Origin: Promethearchaeota archaeon
GTDB lineage: Archaea; Asgardarchaeota; Odinarchaeia; Odinarchaeales; JBHLKK01
Direction: 5' to 3'
DNA length: 14,469 nt
NCBI GenBank assembly: GCA_048939465.1
Contig: JBHLPL010000045.1
Location: forward strand, 1-14,469
Below are positions 1 through 5,429 of this stretch, piece by piece (position 1 is the stretch's first letter; the number at the start of each line of letters is the position of its first letter). Both the position numbers and the translations under genes were made by a program. The notes beneath the pieces are model-generated. The model did not search any database, was not told the DNA's origin, and was given only the letters and a program-made list of their open reading frames with translations.

Positions 1-831
1 GAAAAATCAACTTCGGTACTCGTGATTGTCGGAAAAGAAACCGCATTAGTAGAGACCGCAGATTTCAACTCCGCAGGAAAAATCCTTCACACGCTGGAAG
101 ATCTTGAAATCAATTCGGACACAATAAGGTACATAATTCCTACTCACAGGCATACAGATCATGCAGGGGGGGCCGCTCCTCTTGCAAAAGCATTGCCTGA
201 CGCCACGATCTACGGACATCAATACACAATTGATGCAATAAGAAGACCGGCAAAAATGAATCAAGCAGTGGTTGATATGTTCGGAGAATTCGCGGTTCCA
301 ATGGAGCCATTGGAGGACGAAGGCAGATTCTCAATCGTCAAGGGAGGAGAGATCATTGAGTTGGGTAATGACTTGGCGATCGAATTCATTCACACCCCTG
401 GACATACTTCAGATCACATTTCATTGTATGAAAGGAAAAGCAAAACCATGTACTGCGGGGATGCAGCTGGAATATTCAATTTCAGAAGCAAAACCATAAT
501 TCCATCGACCCTACCACCAAGCTTCAAATTCAAACCCTATGTTTCTTCCTTGGAGAGAATGTTAGATTATGAGTTGAATGCTGTAGCCTTTGCTCATTTC
601 GGAACTGTAATGGGAAAAGACGCCAACAGGATTCTCAGAGAAAGTATAGAAACGGTTGAAGAATGGATGGAGATTGCAAAAGAAGCGTGGAGAGATGAAG
701 GAAAAGTCGAAACGGTAATCAGGGCATTAAGACTAAGATATGGAAACAGACTGGGAGTATTTCATCCGGCAGCTAGAGAGATATTCTTCGATATACTGGG
801 AATAGGAACGGTCAATAATCTTGCTGTCTAA
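1..831 (+). CDS. MBL-fold metallo-hydrolase (glyoxalase II-like), 5'-truncated by the window edge
   Basis: The frame is open from base 1 (EKSTSVLVIVGKETALVET...), so the true start lies upstream. Motifs: THRHTDHAGG (HxHxDH), HTPGHT, GDAAG, AHFG. Stop TAA at 829-831. Confidence 0.9.
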   Translation, partial: EKSTSVLVIVGKETALVETADFNSAGKILHTLEDLEINSDTIRYIIPTHRHTDHAGGAAPLAKALPDATIYGHQYTIDAIRRPAKMNQAVVDMFGEFAVPMEPLEDEGRFSIVKGGEIIELGNDLAIEFIHTPGHTSDHISLYERKSKTMYCGDAAGIFNFRSKTIIPSTLPPSFKFKPYVSSLERMLDYELNAVAFAHFGTVMGKDANRILRESIETVEEWMEIAKEAWRDEGKVETVIRALRLRYGNRLGVFHPAAREIFFDILGIGTVNNLAV

Positions 832-936
832 TTCTAAATAGCATTATAATGCCAAATATCATTTAACGGAGTATTTTCTCGGCGATGCCGTCAAAACACC
901 TCTGACCGAATGTTAAATTGATCTGTAGAGGTGATA

Positions 937-1392
937 TTACCTTCCGTATGTCGCCATCGCCTCTCCATACTGCAGAATATGGCCTTCCATTGCCTTTTCT
1001 AATTCCTTCTTTGACGATCCTGCCGGTAAGTCAAGACGTATGTCCAAACCATGGACCTTGAAGAAGTACCTGTGTGGTTTTCCTCTGGGAGGACACGGTC
1101 CGCCGTATCCTGGCCTACCAAAACTACTTCTTCCTTGGGTTGCTTTGATCGGCTTTGAAATCTCATTTCCTCTTGGAATCCCTTCAGGTATTGAGTCGGT
1201 TGGCTCGATATTCCATATCACCCAATGATTGAATGTACCCATGGGTGCATCAGGATCATCACATATAATGGCAACGGACTTCGCATTCAATCCTTGAATC
1301 TCTATTCTTGGAGATATGTCTTCTCCATCGCAGGTGTATTTCCTGGGGAATTGAGTGAACTCAAGCCTAACATCAAGCTTCTCCACTCTCAT
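937..1392 (-). CDS. YbhB/YbcL family Raf kinase inhibitor-like (PEBP) protein, 151 aa
   Basis: Motifs DDPDAP, FNHWVIWNI, GYGGPCPP, HRYFFKVHGLD. Start moved from the ORF-track position 1467 (inside the mini-element) to ATG 1392, which has GGAGGAGG just upstream. Confidence 0.92.
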   Translation of the reverse strand: MRVEKLDVRLEFTQFPRKYTCDGEDISPRIEIQGLNAKSVAIICDDPDAPMGTFNHWVIWNIEPTDSIPEGIPRGNEISKPIKATQGRSSFGRPGYGGPCPPRGKPHRYFFKVHGLDIRLDLPAGSSKKELEKAMEGHILQYGEAMATYGR

Positions 1393-1426
1393 CGACCTCC
1401 TCCTTGATTTATAATTATTAAAGCTT

Positions 1427-1563
1427 GTGAACAGCCCCACCCTTTCAGACGGGGTTTCCTGTTTCATCCATTCCCAACGGGATATATCTGATAGGCCCTA
1501 CGTGCATTTCCTGCCCCGCAGTTTTTTGCTTGTGAATTGGCGAGTGTTACCTCGACTGAATAC
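1427..1563 (-). ncRNA. Putative TnpB reRNA/omegaRNA-like scaffold inside mini-element 1
   Basis: The internal TATA-like TTTAAATA (1594-1587) predicts a start near 1563. The body contains GGGGCAGGAAATGCACGTAGGGCCTAT...GAAACAGGAAACCCC, which resembles the 3' non-coding tail of tnpB elements. The 5' end is estimated, not observed. Confidence 0.45.
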
Positions 1564-1649
1564 CATATGCCTTTCGCAAAAACGAGTATTTAAATTCCTC
1601 GCAATTCATCTCAACCCTTTCGGATGGGGGCTTATTGCTGAGAAGACAT
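1427..1649 (-). mobile_element. Non-autonomous IS200/IS605-family (tnpB-type) mini-element, 223 bp, no transposase or TnpB ORF
   Basis: Minus strand reads TTGAT (1654-1650, TAM-like) | ATGTCTTCTCAGCAATAAGCCCCCATCC-GAAA-GGGTTGAGATGAATTGC (left-end hairpin) ... GATGAAACAGGAAACCCCGTCT-GAAA-GGGTGGGGCTGTTCAC (right-end hairpin and TTCAC terminus). No target-site duplication, as expected for this family. The left boundary is inferred from the TAM. Confidence 0.8.
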
Positions 1650-1748
1650 ATCAAGACTTTTGCGTAAATTCTCCCTATCTGGCGGATGTATCAGGAATAA
1701 TTGCCGGAGGAGTTTGTAAGATGGCGTCACAATAGACATGGAAAGAGA

Positions 1749-1883
1749 CTATTTCTTCCATTGTGTTTCATAGTTTTCGTGCCCGCACTTGGGACATTTA
1801 CACCATTTAAGCCCGTATGGTGTATTCTTGATAGCAATCTCTTTCAGATCTTTGACTGGGTGACCACAGTTAGGACATTTCAT
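1749..1883 (-). CDS. Small double-CPxCG zinc-finger protein, 44 aa (MKCPNCGHPVKDLKEIAIKNTPYGLKWCKCPKCGHENYETQWKK)
   Basis: Translated by hand; below the ORF-track length cutoff. ATG 1883, TAG 1751-1749. Two KCPxCGH knuckles. TATA-like TTTTTATA about 50 nt upstream. Confidence 0.85.
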   Translation of the reverse strand: MKCPNCGHPVKDLKEIAIKNTPYGLKWCKCPKCGHENYETQWKK

Positions 1884-2019
1884 TTGATCATCAGGGATTT
1901 CTTGCTATTTGAGGAATACTCTGGAGGTGATATAAAAAGTTAGAGGGTTCCTTTGATTGTGGATATCTTCACTAAGAACTCTTCGAGTTTATAGTGGAAG
2001 AGATGAGATTAGGAAGTGT

Positions 2020-2439
2020 TTATTCTTCTTTTATTTTCTTGATTTCCTCTTCTTCTTTCATTTTTTTGATTTCTTCAGACAGGACTGATAACTGTTTTTC
2101 AAGAATTTCTTTCTGTCCCTCTAAAAGCTCTATCTTTTCTTCCTTGGAAACTGCCTGTGGAGCGACGAAGGGGACAATTGTTCCATACGGCATTGTTGCA
2201 GGGTAAAGTTGTGACGATGGATAAATTCTTAATGGGGGATAGAATGGTACCGGGCTGTAATAAGGATACCACATACCGAATCCTCTTCCGAATCCTCTTC
2301 CGAATCCTCTTCCGAATCCTCTTCCGAAATAGCCGAAATTCTTCGTGAAACCAGGCGTATCATATCCTGAGCAATAGCCTAAGCCTCTACCGGTCTTAGG
2401 TCCTAATCCTGCTGGTCCGGTTCTGTCTCCTCTTGGCAA
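2020..2439 (-). CDS. DUF5320-like protein (Gly/Arg-rich N-terminus, C-terminal coiled coil), 139 aa
   Basis: N-terminal MPRGDRTGPAGLGPKTGRGLGYCSGY is typical of this family. GRGF repeats, a Pro/Tyr-rich linker and an E/K/L heptad tail follow. TTG start with GGAGG 8 nt upstream. Confidence 0.85.
   Translation of the reverse strand: MPRGDRTGPAGLGPKTGRGLGYCSGYDTPGFTKNFGYFGRGFGRGFGRGFGRGFGMWYPYYSPVPFYPPLRIYPSSQLYPATMPYGTIVPFVAPQAVSKEEKIELLEGQKEILEKQLSVLSEEIKKMKEEEEIKKIKEE
2276..2328. repeat. Perfect 12-bp tandem repeat (CCGAATCCTCTT x4 plus CCGAA) encoding (GRGF)4
   Basis: Read directly from the sequence. The copies are identical, including synonymous positions. Confidence 0.97.
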
Positions 2440-2460
2440 CCATCTCGCCTCCTTTCAATT

Positions 2461-2490
2461 ATCTATTTTGTGCATATGCACAAAACAGAT
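2461..2490. promoter_or_regulatory. Palindromic operator candidate ATCT-A-TTTTGTGCATATGCACAAAA-C-AGAT
   Basis: A 20-bp perfect palindrome (2466-2485) with matching 4-bp flanks. It lies between the TATA box and the RBS of the DUF5320-like gene. Confidence 0.75.
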
Positions 2491-2501
2491 ATAAATCTTT
2501 C
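2488..2501 (-). promoter_or_regulatory. BRE/TATA-like promoter (GAAAGA-TTTATATC) for the DUF5320-like gene
   Basis: A purine-rich BRE followed by TTTATA, about 50 nt upstream of the TTG start. Confidence 0.6.
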
Positions 2502-2594
2502 GATTGATGAAAAAGCGATTTCCTTATAATTTTCTTCAGGCATTATCTGCATAATAAGTTCGTAATAACAATAATAATATAAAATCTTCAATAA

Positions 2595-2610
2595 CCGAAA
2601 AATTTTTAAA
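2595..2610 (+). promoter_or_regulatory. BRE/TATA-like promoter (CCGAAAAA-TTTTTAAA) for the APC-RAM-USP-CLC operon
   Basis: Archaeal consensus-like element in an AT-rich divergent intergenic region. Confidence 0.55.
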
Positions 2611-2673
2611 TCTTTATAATATCTCATTAGGGAATCGTTAAGTGACCGTTCAGCAAGTCCAGAAGGAGTAGAA

Positions 2674-2748
2674 ATGGTAAATAGTCTTAAGGAACATCTG
2701 TCTGAATCTCGCTCTTTTTGTTCAACACCTGTCTTTGGATCGACTTAG
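2674..2748 (+). CDS. Putative 24-aa upstream ORF (MVNSLKEHLSESRSFCSTPVFGST), in frame with the APC permease
   Basis: AAGGAG lies 5 nt before ATG 2674. Its TAG (2746-2748) overlaps the GGAGG RBS of the permease. It is offset from 2761 by 87 nt, so it is in the same frame. Confidence 0.35.
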   Translation: MVNSLKEHLSESRSFCSTPVFGST

Positions 2749-2760
2749 GAGGATCAACCG

Positions 2761-4677
2761 GTGTCGGATAATGAAGTTCCTCTTAAGCGTGAGATTACTT
2801 GGTATGGCTCCTTCTGCATGGGCTATGCCAATGTAAGTGCTGGCATCTACGTCGCTTTGGGTCTCGTTGCTTTATATGCTGCCGGAGCTTCTCCTTTTGC
2901 ATTTGCAATCGCCGCTATGACCTATATTTGCACTAGTGTGGCCTACACTGAGTTGGCGACAGTTTATCCATACGCCGGGGGTGCTCAGATCTATGCAATC
3001 AGGGCCTCAAGAGATCTCTTGGCCTTCATTGTCGGGTGGGCGGTTATGTTTGATTACACGGTTTGTATATCCTTTTTCTCGTTGGCAACCGCAGGATATC
3101 TGAGCTTCTTCATACCTGCCCTTAGAGATGCACATCTGGATTTGTTCGGGATTCACATTCCGTATCTAGGGTTCATAGCATTTGCGATTACTGTCTGTCT
3201 CATCCTTGTAAACCTGATTGGAATGAAGGAATCCTCCAAATTAAACGAGGTTTTAGTCTCTTTGAACTTAGTTATTCTGGCGTTGATCGTAGTAATTGGC
3301 GCTGTCTTTGCTTTCAGCTTGACTCTTTTCCTGGGTCAGGTCCTGGTTTTTGGCGCTCCACAGCCCATAGCCAGTGTCGCATATATTTCCGGCACTAATT
3401 TTCAAGCGCAGAATTTCGTTTATGGTATGACTATTGCTATGTCTTCGTTCATTGGGGTAGAGACGATTGCCCAAGCTGCGGAGGAGACTAAAAAACCGCA
3501 TAAGTGGATTCCTTTAGCTAATAAACTATCGGTGATAGCGGTGCTAATATTTACAATGGGACTGTCCGTGATTAGCCTAGGTATTCTTCCCTGGGGGGTG
3601 TTAGGTGCAGCTGTAGAGAGTCCTGTAGCAACGATTGTAAGTCACATTCCAATTTTTGGACCGACGCTGGCTCCGATAGCCGCCGCTACAGGGCTTGCAA
3701 TATGCTTGGTTGCAGCGAATACTGGGATAATTGGCGCTTCCAGAGTAACCTACTCTATGAGTAGATTCAAGCTGCTACCTGATTGGTTCCACAAGACCCA
3801 CGCGAGGTTTAAGACTCCCTACAGAACAATACTCGTATTCAGTTTGATCGGCGGTGCGCTTTCGTTAATCGGAGAACTGGGGGTGATTGCCGAGATGTAC
3901 AACTTTGGGGCAATCCTGTCTTATCTAATAGTCAATATATCGTTAGTGATTTTGAGGAATAAAGAACATGATGTCTACAGAGCATGGAAAGCTCCAGGCG
4001 ATATTAAAATCCGGATAAGGAACAAGACCATCACAATCCCCCTCGTAGGTGTGATAGGAGCAGTCCTATGTGCGGTAATGTGGTCATCCATTCTATTGTT
4101 TCATCCTAATGGTAGATTGCTTGGAAGTATCTGGCTGGTGATTGGTGTCGTCGGATTCGCTATATACAGAATCAAGAACAAGTTGGGCCTGCTAACCACG
4201 GGCGTAGGAGGAAAAGTGCTTCCAAGTGGATTCAAGATGAACGCGACAGTTTTTCTCAGCTATAGGACTCCCGAAGATGTGGAGTCCGTTGCAGATTCAA
4301 TTTCTGCCGGCCTGGATCCACGGTTTGTTCTCAGGCTTTTGACAGTATTAGATCCGGAGATTTGGGGATTAACGCCGCATAGTGTCAAATCATATAGAGA
4401 GCTGGAAAAGTTTAAGGACGCTGCTCTAGAAGATCTGAATTCGATTGCCAAGATTCTAGAGAAGAAAGGATTTGAATGTACTGTATCGGTCGAGATAGGG
4501 AATCTTAGGAGTATCGCTAGACGTGAAGCAAAGATGGCCGGTAATGATGGGATAGTGGTGTTAAAGAGAAGACGATCTAAGAGGGAAATAGTAGACGGGA
4601 CAGACGTCATCTTTGAAGTGATGGCAAGATTCCCGGGCAAGCTGACAGTACTGAAAAGGAGGGAGCCTTATGCCTAA
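2761..4677 (+). CDS. APC-superfamily permease with a C-terminal USP-like cytoplasmic domain, 638 aa
   Basis: LKREITW start, TM1 GYANVSAGIY, YTELATVYPYAGG, FIGVETIAQAAEE, SRVTYSMSR, HARFKTPY and about 12 hydrophobic segments. A soluble tail of about 145 aa follows with a USP-like beta/alpha pattern (NATVFLS...LRLLTVLDP...GIVVLKRR...LTVLKR). GTG start with GGAGG. Confidence 0.88.
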   Translation: MSDNEVPLKREITWYGSFCMGYANVSAGIYVALGLVALYAAGASPFAFAIAAMTYICTSVAYTELATVYPYAGGAQIYAIRASRDLLAFIVGWAVMFDYTVCISFFSLATAGYLSFFIPALRDAHLDLFGIHIPYLGFIAFAITVCLILVNLIGMKESSKLNEVLVSLNLVILALIVVIGAVFAFSLTLFLGQVLVFGAPQPIASVAYISGTNFQAQNFVYGMTIAMSSFIGVETIAQAAEETKKPHKWIPLANKLSVIAVLIFTMGLSVISLGILPWGVLGAAVESPVATIVSHIPIFGPTLAPIAAATGLAICLVAANTGIIGASRVTYSMSRFKLLPDWFHKTHARFKTPYRTILVFSLIGGALSLIGELGVIAEMYNFGAILSYLIVNISLVILRNKEHDVYRAWKAPGDIKIRIRNKTITIPLVGVIGAVLCAVMWSSILLFHPNGRLLGSIWLVIGVVGFAIYRIKNKLGLLTTGVGGKVLPSGFKMNATVFLSYRTPEDVESVADSISAGLDPRFVLRLLTVLDPEIWGLTPHSVKSYRELEKFKDAALEDLNSIAKILEKKGFECTVSVEIGNLRSIARREAKMAGNDGIVVLKRRRSKREIVDGTDVIFEVMARFPGKLTVLKRREPYA

Positions 4678-4942
4678 GGGCGTGGAAGTGGTGATGAATA
4701 TATACGTGGTCTCTGAGAAACTGGATGAGGTTGCTGAAGAACTGGTGAAGCTAAATGAAGTCATAGACCTGTATGAAGTTACGGGCGATTCGGACATAAT
4801 TGCCTTGATACGGACCGACGACATAGCTGCTTTCAGAAACTTGTTGAAGAATTCGCTAATGAAAACACCGGGGATCAAAAGTACAATCTCATCGGTCATT
4901 CTACACACACGCAAGAAAGATAGTGAGTTAATTGATGAGTGA
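4670..4942 (+). CDS. Stand-alone Lrp/AsnC ligand-binding (RAM) domain protein without HTH, 90 aa
   Basis: LYEVTGDSDIIALI...PGIKSTISSVIL is the RAM signature. There is no N-terminal HTH. The start overlaps the permease stop (ATGCCTAA) and has AGGAGGG upstream. Confidence 0.85.
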   Translation: MPKGVEVVMNIYVVSEKLDEVAEELVKLNEVIDLYEVTGDSDIIALIRTDDIAAFRNLLKNSLMKTPGIKSTISSVILHTRKKDSELIDE

Positions 4943-4960
4943 GGCTGAGATGAGCCATTC

Positions 4961-5398
4961 ATGGAACCATATAACAAGACGAGAATCCTAATACCAATCT
5001 CTCAAAAGGTGGATAAAGAGAAAGTCACTGCTGCCTTGAGTATACTGTATTTCTTCAGGAAGCCGTTGATTGTTCTACTTCACATCATAGAATTACCAAT
5101 GACTGCTCCTTTAGATTTAAGTCTCTATCCCAAGGAAGAGGCTGAAGCAAGGAAGAAGCTTCAATCCGTTGAGAAGTGGCTTAGAGAGCAGGGATTTGAG
5201 GTTAGAATAAAGATAAGTGCGGCAAGGGACGCTACGCTTGGGATAATTGATGAGGCTGACACAGGAAGATACAGTCTAGTCATTCTTATGAAAAGAAGGC
5301 CTCCTGGAGGTCTCAAAAGGCTGTTCTATAAGAGTCATACCGACAGAGTGACCAGTAGGATTAGCTGCCTCTCTCTAATACTGCCTGTAGAAAGGTGA
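4961..5398 (+). CDS. Universal stress protein (USP) family, 145 aa
   Basis: RILIPIS, IVLLHII, GIIDEA...YSLVILM and the terminal SLILP strands match the USP fold. The ATP-binding G-x2-G-x9-GS motif is degenerate. Confidence 0.85.
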   Translation: MEPYNKTRILIPISQKVDKEKVTAALSILYFFRKPLIVLLHIIELPMTAPLDLSLYPKEEAEARKKLQSVEKWLREQGFEVRIKISAARDATLGIIDEADTGRYSLVILMKRRPPGGLKRLFYKSHTDRVTSRISCLSLILPVER

Positions 5399-5429
5399 GT
5401 TCAGGAAGGCCATGGGGGGGGACTGAAAA

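Noticed and set aside
841-852. 12-bp palindrome GCATTATAATGC between convergent genes, and a similar TCATAATTATGA at 7578-7589
   Set aside because: Short AT-rich palindromes are expected by chance. The first is not in a promoter position, and the two cores differ.
1393-1467. N-terminal extension of the ybhB-like ORF (MKQETPSERVGLFT...) in the ORF track
   Set aside because: It starts inside the right end of mini-element 1. A strong RBS supports ATG 1392 instead.
927-1932. Two orphan + strand GAGGTGATAT sequences (near 927 and near 1923) bracketing the ybhB/zinc-finger block
   Set aside because: Neither is followed by a properly spaced start and a credible ORF, and the similarity is explained by the common RBS word.
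1427-1943. ORF-track + strand ORFs 1427-1735 and 1701-1943
   Set aside because: They are antisense shadows of mini-element 1 and the zinc-finger gene, with no RBS and no recognisable motifs.
5412-5426. G8 tract forming the mini-ORF ATG GGG GGG GAC TGA before the CLC start
   Set aside because: It is most simply the G-rich RBS of the CLC gene. It lies outside coding sequence, so there is no evidence for phase variation.
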